Source: Candidatus Culexmicrobium cathedralense (GTDB lineage: Archaea > Thermoproteota > Methanomethylicia > Culexarchaeales > Culexmicrobiaceae). Taken from it: a stretch of DNA of 64,000 nucleotides. Made by a program: the position numbers and the translations under genes. Each line of letters opens with the position of its first letter. The first letter of the stretch is position 1. The notes below the pieces were generated by a model. The model was not told the DNA's origin, did not search any database, and saw only the letters and a program-made list of their open reading frames with translations. Below, one piece after another: positions 18,739 to 29,158 of the stretch. The stretch lies in the NCBI GenBank assembly GCA_025061115.1, contig JANZKC010000001.1, positions 64,001 through 128,000 of the forward strand. Reading direction: 5' to 3'.

Positions 18739-19917
18739 TTAATCCCCCCTCACGTAAATGTGGACAACAGATGTGGCTCCGGACCCCCCTAAATTATGAG
18801 TTAAACCTATTTCTGCATTTTTAACCTGTCTTCTACCCGCTTCTCCAGTTAATTGAAGATATATTTCGTATGCTTGAGCAGCACCAGTAGCTCCAACAGG
18901 ATGACCCTTAGCCTTTAAACCTCCACTCGTATTAACCGGAACATCACCGTCCAGGAAGGTTACTCCTTCCTCAATTAACCTTCCTCCCTCGCCAGGCCTG
19001 CAAAAACCTAGGTCCTCATACTCAATTATTTCTGCAATTGTAAAGCAGTCATGCACTTCAGCTACATCAACATCCTTAGGCTCAACTTTAGCCATCTTAT
19101 ATGCTCTCTCAGCAGCAATTCTAGTAGACTTCATCGTAGTCAAGTCTTCCCTCTCATACAACCCAATAGTATCGTGGCCTTGGCCTGAACCAATAATGTA
19201 AACAGGAGTGTCGGTGTATTTTCTAGCTATTTCAGGTTTGGTTAGTATTAGGCATGAAGCGCCATCTGAAATCAATGAGCAGTCGTAAAGCTTAAGAGGC
19301 CAAGCTATAATCCGTGAAGAAAGCACTTTTTCAACAGTTACCTCCTTATGCATGTGAGCCTTTGGATTTAGAAGAGCATTTCTGTGGTTTTTAACTGCAA
19401 CTAAAGCCATTTGCTCCTCCGTAGTTCCATATTTATGCATGTGAGCAACAGCCATCAAGGCAAATAGACCTGGAAACGTTAAACCATGCCACTGCTCAAA
19501 CGGAAAGTCTGCGGCCATCGCTAGTATGTCCGTAACTTCAGGAGTGCTTCTATGGGTCATCTTTTCAACGCCACCGATGAGAACAACATCATAAAAGCCT
19601 GAAGCTATGGCCATTACGCCTAGGCGAAGAGCAGTGCCTGAAGATGCACATGCATTTTCAACCCTAATTCCTTCAGCTAATAGTAGATTGATCCACTCCA
19701 ACATTATCGGTGCATTGTGCTCTTGGTGTTCGAAGGAGCCGCTCATTTGACCAATGTATGCTACTTTAATTTCCTTAGGGTCAAGATTGGGGCATCGATC
19801 CAAAGCTTCTTGAAAAGCCTGAGCGAAAAGCTCCCTAGCATATTTACCATCAATTTTACCGAACTTCGATAAACCTGCGGAAACAATGGCAGCCAGAGGC
19901 TCTCTCATGCTCACCAC
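18739..19917 (-). CDS. Thiolase (archaeal acetyl-CoA acetyltransferase/SCP2-thiolase type)
   Basis: ENACASS, EVHDCF, GHPVGATG, HNLGG; coupled to DUF35. Confidence 0.92.
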   Translation of the reverse strand: MVSMREPLAAIVSAGLSKFGKIDGKYARELFAQAFQEALDRCPNLDPKEIKVAYIGQMSGSFEHQEHNAPIMLEWINLLLAEGIRVENACASSGTALRLGVMAIASGFYDVVLIGGVEKMTHRSTPEVTDILAMAADFPFEQWHGLTFPGLFALMAVAHMHKYGTTEEQMALVAVKNHRNALLNPKAHMHKEVTVEKVLSSRIIAWPLKLYDCSLISDGASCLILTKPEIARKYTDTPVYIIGSGQGHDTIGLYEREDLTTMKSTRIAAERAYKMAKVEPKDVDVAEVHDCFTIAEIIEYEDLGFCRPGEGGRLIEEGVTFLDGDVPVNTSGGLKAKGHPVGATGAAQAYEIYLQLTGEAGRRQVKNAEIGLTHNLGGSGATSVVHIYVRGD

Positions 19918-20074
19918 CGCATTGCTGTAGCTAATAATAAATATTTTAGTTAATTAATTTGGTTTACGACTAAAGCAAAGCAAAAACGTTTTAAGTCCAA
20001 AATGATTGGGCGAAACACATTCACGTGAAATGATGATCATGTTATATTTTTAAGCAAGTGAAAGTTCACTATAA

Positions 20075-21007
20075 TTGGTGATTAAAGTGGCACAAGCAAA
20101 CAAGAGGAACTATGTGACATTAATTGCCGTTGTGAGTATATTGATAAATGCGTTCTTAGCTCCGCTAACGTTCATGTTATGGATAAGAAATGCTGAACTT
20201 TCAAATACCATTGAATTACTTTCTCAAGAAGTTAATAATTTATCAGGACAATTAAATTCGATTATTAAAGAGCTAAACTTTACTAAGCAGCAATTGGAGT
20301 ACTATAAATCCCAAGCAAAATACTATTCATCTCTAATTCATCGGGCTAGCGGAAACTTGACGTTTTTCGGCAAAACAATAATAAGCATAGTTGCTGTAAA
20401 GGCTGTTCCTAAAGGATTCTTCACAGTTACTTATGAAGGCGCAACACTTCGCTGTGAAGTAGAAATAATTGAAGGAGAGGGAAGGGTACTGGTAAATACA
20501 TCACCTAAAATTGGTATAGATTTGCAGGCAAGCGCAAGAACAGCAGTTTTAGTTGCTGAAAAAATCACTGAAACATCACTGGCTAATGCAGATGTTATAA
20601 TATCAATTTTTGCAGATGAGCCGATAGAGGTTGTGGACGGTCCAAGTGCAGGTGCAGCAATTACAGCTGCTATAATAGCAACAATTAATGGTGAAAAGCT
20701 TAACAGCAGCGTTTACATAACTGGGACAATAAATGCAGATGGGTCGATAGGGCAAGTTGGAGGAGTGCTTGAGAAGGCAATTGCAGCTGCGGAGTCCGGC
20801 TGCAAAATCTTTCTAGTTCCTCCTGGGCAATCAATGGTTACAGTGGCAATTCCCAAGGAATATCAAATTGCTCCAGGAGTTAAGATTGTAACGTATAAAT
20901 ATGAACAGGTAAGCTTAGAGCAATACTTGCTGGACTTAGGTTATTCAGTAAAAGTTTTTGAAGTTAGTAGCATCACTGAGGCGTACAAGTACTTCATCTC
21001 CAGTTAA
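20075..21007 (+). CDS. Membrane-anchored S16 (Lon C-terminal type) serine protease lacking the AAA+ domain
   Basis: N-terminal TM, coiled coil, DGPSAGAA (Ser), TGTI...IGQVGG..EK (Lys). Confidence 0.88.
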   Translation: MVIKVAQANKRNYVTLIAVVSILINAFLAPLTFMLWIRNAELSNTIELLSQEVNNLSGQLNSIIKELNFTKQQLEYYKSQAKYYSSLIHRASGNLTFFGKTIISIVAVKAVPKGFFTVTYEGATLRCEVEIIEGEGRVLVNTSPKIGIDLQASARTAVLVAEKITETSLANADVIISIFADEPIEVVDGPSAGAAITAAIIATINGEKLNSSVYITGTINADGSIGQVGGVLEKAIAAAESGCKIFLVPPGQSMVTVAIPKEYQIAPGVKIVTYKYEQVSLEQYLLDLGYSVKVFEVSSITEAYKYFISS

Positions 21008-21558
21008 AACTTGGATTGTAAGCATATTGTTTTTCAATACTGCCATAGTGAGATTCAAGCTGGAAATAGGGAGTTAAAAGCAAGCGGGTTAGGTTAAGAT
21101 ATGAGGAAGGGTTTTAGAGCATACCTTGAAAATCCTTGAAATGCTTAGAATACCGTACTTCGAGGTAATTCTGATGAACTAACATGCATTTCATGCAAGA
21201 GAAACATGCATAGAGTAGCTGAAAAATAGCTTTAAAATTCAGGGCTGAAGCAATAGTTGCAGTTGAAGATGCAGGAGAGTAGGCAAACCAAACAATCTGG
21301 AACTAGGAAGTTTATAGCTTCAGCAATATCCGCAATTCCAGTTCTGCGCCCAATTCTAACTTCGATAAACCTAAAAATGATAAGTTAGCACGTAAAAATA
21401 AACATATGAAATTTCAGCTAGAAATGTAGGTTGCCGCCAAGCATATTCTAGGAAAACCGCAACGAAAACTTCACTTAAAGAGGTTTTGGAAGCTGAAGCT
21501 AAAATAAATGTGGATCACCTAGTATATTATGCAGTTGAAAATGTAAAGGTGATTCCCA

Positions 21559-22383
21559 TTGGATGAGTCGGGTCAAGGCAAATATATAAATGCTATAGTT
21601 GACAGTCTAAAAGAAGCTCGCAAAGCAATTCTACATGGATTAAAGAGGCCTGATGCAGGAATAGCTCTAAAAACAGTTATGGGAGATGTAACCAAGTTAA
21701 TTGACAAAATCGCTGAAGACACCATCATAAACTGTCTAAAGAAGCACCTGAAAGACTTTCAAATATTAAGTGAGGAAGCTGGAAGAATAAGATTTGGAAG
21801 TGGATCGGGACCTATATTCATCATAGACCCGCTTGATGGAAGCACAAACGCCCTAAGAGGATATCCATGCTTTTCGGTTTCAATCGCAGCAGCACTTAAA
21901 CCTAGACTATCAAGCATAATTGCTGGTGGAGTAATTAATGTTGTTACTGGAGACATTTTTATAGCAGTTAAGGGTAAAGGTGCAAAACTAAATGGAAAGC
22001 CAATTAAGCCCTCTAAAGTCACTAAAATTGAAGACGCACTTATTGCTGCAGATTTAAATATTAGGTCTAAAATTCCAAATTACCTTGCTAAAGTGTGTAA
22101 GGTGATTGAAAAGGCCAAGCACTTTAGATTCATCGGTACGGATGCACTAGAAACGTGCTTTGTCGCTGCAGGAATATGCGATGCATTCATGGATTTAAGA
22201 GGATCCCTAAGAATCACCGACTTTGCAGCAGCATGCTTCATCGTAAAAGAAGCTGGAGGATTAGTAGTAAATGAAAAAGGCGAACCTCTAGACTTAGAGT
22301 TCGAAGGCAATGTTAGAGGGAAGTACATCGCTGCATGTACATCCGACCTCTTAAATGAAATCTTAAATAAACTTGAGGATTAG
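21559..22383 (+). CDS. suhB: Inositol monophosphatase / FBPase class IV
   Basis: SEE, IIDPLDGSTN, DFAAA..IVKEAGG. Confidence 0.9.
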   Translation: MDESGQGKYINAIVDSLKEARKAILHGLKRPDAGIALKTVMGDVTKLIDKIAEDTIINCLKKHLKDFQILSEEAGRIRFGSGSGPIFIIDPLDGSTNALRGYPCFSVSIAAALKPRLSSIIAGGVINVVTGDIFIAVKGKGAKLNGKPIKPSKVTKIEDALIAADLNIRSKIPNYLAKVCKVIEKAKHFRFIGTDALETCFVAAGICDAFMDLRGSLRITDFAAACFIVKEAGGLVVNEKGEPLDLEFEGNVRGKYIAACTSDLLNEILNKLED

Positions 22384-22385
22384 TT

Positions 22386-23216
22386 TCATCCTCTAAAGAA
22401 TATCACAATGGTAATATTTAGATACGCAATTAAGAAGCCAATCAGCAACGCTCTCTCACTCCTCAAGTTCTTAGCAACACCTATTGCCGCTGAAAAAAGT
22501 AGACATGCAATAATTTGAGCAATAAACATTACAATGCTTAATAGATAATAATTATTGTTAAATAATTGAGTCAACGTAAGTGCCGGACATATTAGAAGCG
22601 GAATAGTCGAAAGCGCTAAGCCGGTAAATAATAATCGATAACCTCCAACTCTACCATGAAGTAGAAATGGAATAAGATTCGCTAAACCATAAATTGCTAG
22701 CCAACTTAAAATGAATTTTATAGCAGTTATCCAAGCCGGTTGCATAGGCCGGAAAGCAACGGTAAATAAAGTTAGTTCAGTTTTAGTATAAGCACAAAGC
22801 CAAGATCCAAAAGCCAAAATGAATAGAGAGATAATAATTGACTCATTCTTCATCTCAGAAAATGTCATAAAAATCCATCTCGGATGAAAAATTAGCCCAA
22901 ATCTGGATCTTAATTTGAAGGGAAAAGAGTATTTTCTATAGAATTTAGCATCTAAGATGCTTTCCCTACCATTTTTAAGCATGTTAAACGCAATCCAACC
23001 AAGCTCTGTTAAAGAATACTTCTTATCAACATCTCTATATATCAAGTCGCCTAATAAGTCCAAATTATAGTACAATGAGCCAGTGCTAATTTTTAATGCC
23101 CTTTTAATTTCAGTTACACTTGCCTTACCTCTTGAACCTAGGAACTCTATTATTCTCTGCCTAAGAGGATTGCTCAGCACTTGATATATCTTCGCTATTT
23201 CATCCTTGCTTGACAA
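22386..23216 (-). CDS. ArsR-type wHTH fused to a multi-TM domain (membrane-tethered regulator)
   Basis: LSNPLRQRIIEFL...STGSLYYNL..L N-terminus; about 5 TM helices at the C-terminus. Confidence 0.8.
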   Translation of the reverse strand: MSSKDEIAKIYQVLSNPLRQRIIEFLGSRGKASVTEIKRALKISTGSLYYNLDLLGDLIYRDVDKKYSLTELGWIAFNMLKNGRESILDAKFYRKYSFPFKLRSRFGLIFHPRWIFMTFSEMKNESIIISLFILAFGSWLCAYTKTELTLFTVAFRPMQPAWITAIKFILSWLAIYGLANLIPFLLHGRVGGYRLLFTGLALSTIPLLICPALTLTQLFNNNYYLLSIVMFIAQIIACLLFSAAIGVAKNLRSERALLIGFLIAYLNITIVIFFRG

Positions 23217-23326
23217 TGTCTATAGCACCAGCCCACCAAGAATACTCAAATGCACAATAATAAGACACGGAAAAATAAGTTCTTCGCAAAAAAAGAGTTT
23301 AAAGACTATTGACTTCGATGTGCACT

Positions 23327-23470
23327 CTATTTAATGCCTGCTCTAAAGTAAGCTCCACAGTTTGGACACTTAAACAGACCAATAGTGACTCCTTTCCTTC
23401 CTTTTGGAGCAAGAGTCCAAGTCTTCATTGGAGAGCCAACATCAGTACCGCATTTCGGGCATTTAGCCAT
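23327..23470 (-). CDS. cren7: Chromatin protein Cren7 (47 aa, CxxC/CxxC variant); not in the ORF track
   Basis: [47 protein letters not shown] contains the Cren7 signature KxWxLxPKGRKGVxIGLF; GGGGTG RBS. Confidence 0.92.
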   Translation of the reverse strand: MAKCPKCGTDVGSPMKTWTLAPKGRKGVTIGLFKCPNCGAYFRAGIK

Positions 23471-23728
23471 TTTTCAACACCCCATTTATTGATGTTCAAT
23501 GAATCATGGTATTGTTAATGAATATAAATCTTACGATGGTTAACTTCAATTAACTCATCACAATTAAGATTCGAAATTATTTCTTTAATCTATTTACAAA
23601 ATAATATAAAAATATTTTAAAATTTTAATAATATTTCATGTATTCGTCAGCTAAAGCATTTCGACGATTGTCAGAAAAACTCATGTTCACTTTAAAGTTT
23701 AAATCAATTCAAATCGACAATCATCACG

Positions 23729-24229
23729 CTATGAAGGTTTCTTCTTGATTTTCTGAAGAGCTAGATTGAGGACATCAATGAAACTCAGTTCGCCAATCAA
23801 CTTGCCATTATCAGTAATAACTGGAATTTCATCCATTATTTTTTCCACCATTTTCCTGCAAGCCTCTGCAATTGAGTCATCAGGCTTCACTGAAACCAGC
23901 TCACCTACATAATCTTTAGCTGTAGTGCCAATTAGAAATCTTAGTCCAATAGCTTCTCCTTCACGCTTTAATACATCCGTCTTCCCAACTTTAAGCGCTA
24001 TGAATTCGAGTAAACGCCTTGGAGTTATTATACCTATAAGCCTGCCATCTCGCACCACGTAGAACACTCGCCTCCTTGGTTCGCTTGCCATGAGCTCTAA
24101 AACGTTAACTATTGGAGTTCCATCATCGATTACGCCGCCGTGAACAGGACGCATGATATCTTTAACTAAAATTCTCTCTAGATCCTTAAGTTTATTCAAA
24201 TCTTGCTTTTCCAATTCGGCCATCTCCAC
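23729..24229 (-). CDS. CBS domain pair protein
   Basis: VKDIM, GRLIGIIT, IPVITDNGKLIG. Confidence 0.88.
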   Translation of the reverse strand: MEMAELEKQDLNKLKDLERILVKDIMRPVHGGVIDDGTPIVNVLELMASEPRRRVFYVVRDGRLIGIITPRRLLEFIALKVGKTDVLKREGEAIGLRFLIGTTAKDYVGELVSVKPDDSIAEACRKMVEKIMDEIPVITDNGKLIGELSFIDVLNLALQKIKKKPS

Positions 24230-24343
24230 TAGGGAGACAAATGCTTATTAATTGATGTTCTATCTATAGTCTTGCAAAGCATTATTTAAGTGCTAGCGTA
24301 AAAATATTTTGCTTCAAAAACCAGCAACGGAGGGATTGTACCA

Positions 24344-25807
24344 TTGGAGAAAACTGGAAGACGAGTGGAGACTAAGATTCAACCTACATTCGCAGAAGTA
24401 CTGTTGGGTGTGCTGATAAAGAGGCAGCGTCCCTTAGTGTTAATCTTAGCTCCAATCATATCAGTACTTTTTACGCTTAACATGGGATTTGATTTAATGC
24501 AAATAGTAGCAGCTTCAGCATTTCTAATCTCCGTTTTGGGAGCATTTCTATATTGGAGGTACAAGTTGATAATTGCATTTGCAAGTATAACGATCTTGCT
24601 TATGCTTGGCGTAATGGATGTACATACTCTTGTCGAGTCCGCTGAGTTTGATATCATCCTATTTCTAATAGCGATGACGCTGGTTATAACTCCTTTAAAA
24701 AGATCTGGATTCTTCAGATGGCTAACAATTTTGCTTTTAAAGTGGTCTAACTTTAGTATTTCCAGGCTTTTAACCTATTTCATGTTCACCTCCATGATTT
24801 TAGCTGCACTCATGGGCGCTGTAACATCCATAGTCCTCACGTCAACCATGATAATGGAGTTCTGCAGCTACTTCGAATTAAATCCAATCATACTTCTAAT
24901 AGCCATAATTTTATCTACTAATATTGGAAGCAGCGCAACTGCCCTGGGAAATCCAGTTGGCTTAATACTTGCACTTGGAGCTGGATTGAGCTTCGAAGAA
25001 TTCTTGAGATGGGCAACTCCGCCAGCCATCTTAAGCTTGATAGTGTTAATTCTAATTTTTAGATGGAGGTTCTGGAGAGAGCTAAGAGAAATGCAGGTGA
25101 AGTTGCAGAGGATCGTTAAAGAAAGAGGGATAGTGCTGGATGTTTGGGCTGCAGTTGAAGATGTAAAGCGCTTCTCAATTTCAGTCTTCATATTTACGGC
25201 AACGATAATTACAATTGCACTTCACAAGTCCATAGAGTCAATTCTACACTTGAAAGGCATGACCATGCTTGTTGGAATATCATTTCTCGGTGCAGCAGTT
25301 GCTTTATACCTTTATAGAGATGAAAGCAAGGAGATCGTTGAAAGGGAAGTGGATTGGTGGTCAATTCTATTTATAGCATTTCTATTCAGCCAGACAGGCG
25401 CATTAAAATATACTGGCGTAACAGATAGAATTGCTGAAATAATCGTAAATGTGGTTGGAAGCAACGAATACCTATTAATTGCAATTGTAGCAATCTCAGC
25501 TTTTGGCCTTTCAGCATTCCTAGATAACGTGCCTACAGTAGCTGCATTCATACCCATAATTTTAAGTTTATCCCAAAGAGGATTGGAAGTTTATCCTCAG
25601 TGGTGGATACTATTAATTGCTGGGTGCTATGCAGGAAACTTGACGCCACTAGCATCAGCTGCCAACATAATTGCACTAGGAATACTTGAAAAAGGAAAAG
25701 TTAAGATTACGCTTAAAGATTGGATTAAAATGAGCCTATTCCCATCAATAATTACCTTCGCATTAGCACTGGCCATGATAATAACTCAATTTTACTTACT
25801 ACCATAG
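24344..25807 (+). CDS. ArsB/NhaD/SLC13 (IT superfamily) permease
   Basis: STNIGSSATALGNP, SAFLDNVP, AGNLTPLASAAN. Confidence 0.9.
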   Translation: MEKTGRRVETKIQPTFAEVLLGVLIKRQRPLVLILAPIISVLFTLNMGFDLMQIVAASAFLISVLGAFLYWRYKLIIAFASITILLMLGVMDVHTLVESAEFDIILFLIAMTLVITPLKRSGFFRWLTILLLKWSNFSISRLLTYFMFTSMILAALMGAVTSIVLTSTMIMEFCSYFELNPIILLIAIILSTNIGSSATALGNPVGLILALGAGLSFEEFLRWATPPAILSLIVLILIFRWRFWRELREMQVKLQRIVKERGIVLDVWAAVEDVKRFSISVFIFTATIITIALHKSIESILHLKGMTMLVGISFLGAAVALYLYRDESKEIVEREVDWWSILFIAFLFSQTGALKYTGVTDRIAEIIVNVVGSNEYLLIAIVAISAFGLSAFLDNVPTVAAFIPIILSLSQRGLEVYPQWWILLIAGCYAGNLTPLASAANIIALGILEKGKVKITLKDWIKMSLFPSIITFALALAMIITQFYLLP

Positions 25808-25871
25808 CTAAGATAGGTCAATTAGCTCAAGTTAAAATTAATTTCAACGTTTATACGCCTAATTATACTCA

Positions 25872-27221
25872 TCATTTCTGGAAGGGCTCGGTGTGCACAA
25901 CTACCTTGACATCTCCAAGGACCTTTTTAATCTCCTCTTCAAGCTTAGTAGCTACTTCATGAGCTTCTTCAACAGTTAATTCTTCATCTACTAAGCAAGT
26001 TATATCCACTACATGCTTACCTTTAATCTCATACGCTAAAATCCTGTTTATACCTTTAACTTCAGGATGCATGCTGACAAGCTCATGAATTTTGGATGCA
26101 ATCTTCTCCACGTCAACTAGCTTCACAGATTTCATGTAGCTTGAAGGCTCAATATGAATAGTTACGTTTAGTACTTCAGGTATTTCAGCTTTAATTGCCT
26201 TCTCAATTTCATCAATAATTTTATGGGCATCCTTCAAAGAGATTTCAGGACTTAATTCAACATGAAAAGAAACTATGATTTTTCCATTTAAAGTTGATAT
26301 GTTTAGATCGTGCATGGACTTAACGTCTTTAAAGAAGGATATTATTCGCCTAACTCTTGACGACATTTCCTCCCTATGCTGAGGTTCTACATGAATTGTC
26401 ACAACCGCATTTCTCAACTCTCTCCTAATTTTCTCCTCAATTCTCGTTGCAACTAGATGAGCCCTATTAATATCCATATCATCGACAACAATAACGGTGG
26501 CTTCAACAAAGTACATTTTACCTGCCTTTCTAACTCTTAAATCCCTATGTTCAAGCACATCTTCAACCTCACCAATAATTTCCCTAAGCCTATGAACTGA
26601 AACGCCGATGACAGCATCACTAAGCTCCATCGCAGAATTGTACATGAGCTTTACACTTAAAACTCCTAGAAAAGTAGCAAGAAATAATGAAGCTAACGAG
26701 TCTCCATTAGCAGATCCAAATTTCGCCGAAAATAGTCCCAAAAAGGCTATTAAGGTGGATGCGAAGTCGGTGATAGCATGCATATAACCTGCTTTAGTAG
26801 AGTGACTCAAGCTACATCTTTCATGCCTAAATAACGACACTCTAAAAACATCTATGCAAAGCGTATAAGCTATAGCTATAAAACCCCAATCATTCACTTG
26901 AAAGATAAATCCCTTCCAAATACGATTAATTGATTCAAAGCCGATAAAAACTGAAATTATAATTAAAAACACTCCGCCAACAAAGCCTCCTAAAGCATCG
27001 ATTTTCCCATGTCCATAGGTGTGGTTCTCATCTGGAGGCTTCATCGACAACTTGGCCGCAACGAAAATTATCAAGCTCGAAATAGCATCCAGGAGAGCAT
27101 GAGCCGCATCACTAATGAGAGCTAAACTTCCAATGTAAAAGCCTATGATCCCTTCAACAAAAAGCGTGGAAGCAATAGCTATACTCGACAATTTCAATGC
27201 TCTAAGCTCGGAGCTGCTCAT
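25872..27221 (-). CDS. Cation diffusion facilitator with three C-terminal ZT_dimer-like domains
   Basis: SLALISDAAHALLD, HTYGHGK, HAITD; three repeats ending IHVEP / IHIEP / VHTEP. Confidence 0.92.
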   Translation of the reverse strand: MSSSELRALKLSSIAIASTLFVEGIIGFYIGSLALISDAAHALLDAISSLIIFVAAKLSMKPPDENHTYGHGKIDALGGFVGGVFLIIISVFIGFESINRIWKGFIFQVNDWGFIAIAYTLCIDVFRVSLFRHERCSLSHSTKAGYMHAITDFASTLIAFLGLFSAKFGSANGDSLASLFLATFLGVLSVKLMYNSAMELSDAVIGVSVHRLREIIGEVEDVLEHRDLRVRKAGKMYFVEATVIVVDDMDINRAHLVATRIEEKIRRELRNAVVTIHVEPQHREEMSSRVRRIISFFKDVKSMHDLNISTLNGKIIVSFHVELSPEISLKDAHKIIDEIEKAIKAEIPEVLNVTIHIEPSSYMKSVKLVDVEKIASKIHELVSMHPEVKGINRILAYEIKGKHVVDITCLVDEELTVEEAHEVATKLEEEIKKVLGDVKVVVHTEPFQK

Positions 27222-27510
27222 TGTATCAATTGAAAAGGGTAAACAAACCTAAAGGCTTTTCTATCGAGCTTTTAGTAATATATAAAAAATGAGTAAATAT
27301 AGTATAAAATCACAATTACCCGAAGTACCCCTAACTTCACGGACGAGTTAAATAGTAGAATCATTACCAAATTAATTCCCGATTCTCAGCAGCCCCGCTG
27401 GGCAATAAGAGTTTTAAGTAAATTTGCTTGAATAAATGAAGCTCTCAACACAACATTGAGCTGCGACGCTACTCTACTTTAAGCTACAAAATTGCCTCAC
27501 GGGTGAGACC

Positions 27511-29043
27511 ATGCCACAGTTTAAAAGCATAATTGAAGAGGAAGTTGAGGAACCATCCTTGAAGAGGGGATTAAGCCTATACAGCCTATTCTCCATAGGA
27601 TATGCGGATGTTGGAGCAGATGTCTATATTGCGTTAGGCGTAACTGCCATGTTTGCCGCTGGCGGTACACCTCTAGCATTTTTAATTGGATCAATACTCT
27701 ATATCTGCATTGGATTAGCCTACGCTGAACTAGCTTCAACCTATCCATATGCAGGCGGCGCTTCAGTTTACGCAATGATGGCCACAAATGACTTAATAGG
27801 CTTTCTCGCAGGATGGCTCGTAATGCTTGACTACGTTATAGATATTGCATTATTTTCGGTGGCAGCTGCAGGTTACTTGGGATTTGTATTTCCATGGCTT
27901 CTTAAATCGTCTCTGCCAACTCCATTAGGCGTAAGCTTATCTATGATAGGTATAGCGGCTATCGCGATCATAGCAGGTCTTGTGATCGTAAATTACATTG
28001 GGATCAAGCCTTCTGCAGCATTAACAGTTATCCTAGTAACTGGTAATCTTGCCATTTTATCGATGGTCCTAGGCTTAGGATATACAACAACTTGGAACTT
28101 TGAAAAATTCGTTACCAATTTAGCCGAAATTGGTGGCGACTTCATCAGCGAAGAAGTGGGCTATACAGGTTTACTAAGTGTACGTTTTGAGAATTTCCTT
28201 TACGGCTTAACGCTAGCCATGTCATCATTCATTGGAATAGAATCAATCGCACAAGCAGCTGAAGAAGCTGAAAAGCCTTACAAGAATTTATCTAAAGCAG
28301 CTGGAATTTCAGTTATCATGGTCGTAGTGTCAGTATTGAGTTGCTCTATACTTGGGTTAGGAGTACTAGGATGGAGAGGACTTGCAGAAGCTCAATTCAA
28401 TCCAGTTGCAGCCATCGTTGAGCGAGTCCCAATCATTGGATCACATGCAGCTATGCTGGTAGCTATAGTTGCTTTTGCCATGACAGTAGCATCAACAAAT
28501 ACAGGCGTAATAGGAGTTTCAAGACTAGTATTCTCAATGGGGAAATTCCTCCTACTTCCAAGGTGGTTTTACAAAGTTCATCCAAAATTTAGAACGCCAA
28601 CAAGAAGCATACTAATGTTCTCTGCAATAGCAATAGTTGTGGTTCTTTGGGGAGCACTTCAGCCGAACATTCTAGTGTTCATTTCAAGCCTATACAATTT
28701 CGGAGCACTCCTATCGTACATACTCGTCCTACTAGCACTCATCATACTTAGAAATGATGATAGAAAAACTAAGAGGCTCTACAAAGCACCAGGCACAATA
28801 ATAGTAAGGAGAAATGGCAAAATAATTGAGCTCCCAATTCTAGGCATTATTGGACTCATAGGAATTGGGAGCGTATGGCTATTAGTAGTTATATACCATA
28901 CAACTGCGAGAATTATGGGCTTCACATGGATCCTAATTGGATTGATCATCTACTCAATCTATAGGAGAAGAATCAACCTCTCAATAACTTCAAAGTTTGG
29001 AAGAGAAATGCTCGGTATTAAAGAGAACAACAATTCAAATTAA
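27511..29043 (+). CDS. APC family amino acid permease
   Basis: YAELASTYPYAGG, GIESIAQAAEE, SRLVFSM, HPKFRTP. Confidence 0.92.
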   Translation: MPQFKSIIEEEVEEPSLKRGLSLYSLFSIGYADVGADVYIALGVTAMFAAGGTPLAFLIGSILYICIGLAYAELASTYPYAGGASVYAMMATNDLIGFLAGWLVMLDYVIDIALFSVAAAGYLGFVFPWLLKSSLPTPLGVSLSMIGIAAIAIIAGLVIVNYIGIKPSAALTVILVTGNLAILSMVLGLGYTTTWNFEKFVTNLAEIGGDFISEEVGYTGLLSVRFENFLYGLTLAMSSFIGIESIAQAAEEAEKPYKNLSKAAGISVIMVVVSVLSCSILGLGVLGWRGLAEAQFNPVAAIVERVPIIGSHAAMLVAIVAFAMTVASTNTGVIGVSRLVFSMGKFLLLPRWFYKVHPKFRTPTRSILMFSAIAIVVVLWGALQPNILVFISSLYNFGALLSYILVLLALIILRNDDRKTKRLYKAPGTIIVRRNGKIIELPILGIIGLIGIGSVWLLVVIYHTTARIMGFTWILIGLIIYSIYRRRINLSITSKFGREMLGIKENNNSN

Positions 29044-29158
29044 CATTAAAATAAATTCTTCAAAATATTTAATAAATCAATGACGCTTAACTATAATGCG
29101 CAGGACATAATATTATTTTATAGCAATACAAGGTTAAACTTGAAGAATTGGTGATAAC

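Noticed and set aside
18324-19917. Thiolase-DUF35 pair as a novel system
   Set aside because: Well-known archaeal gene pair; HMG-CoA synthase simply not adjacent
21172-21222. TGATGA...CTGA spaced like a C/D sRNA
   Set aside because: No recognisable D'/C' boxes and AT-rich guides
23309-23518. 69-aa plus-strand ORF in the ORF track
   Set aside because: Antisense shadow of the real cren7 gene
27436-27459. uORF MKLSTQH and small hairpins upstream of the APC permease as an attenuator
   Set aside because: No run of regulatory codons, weak stems, no terminator
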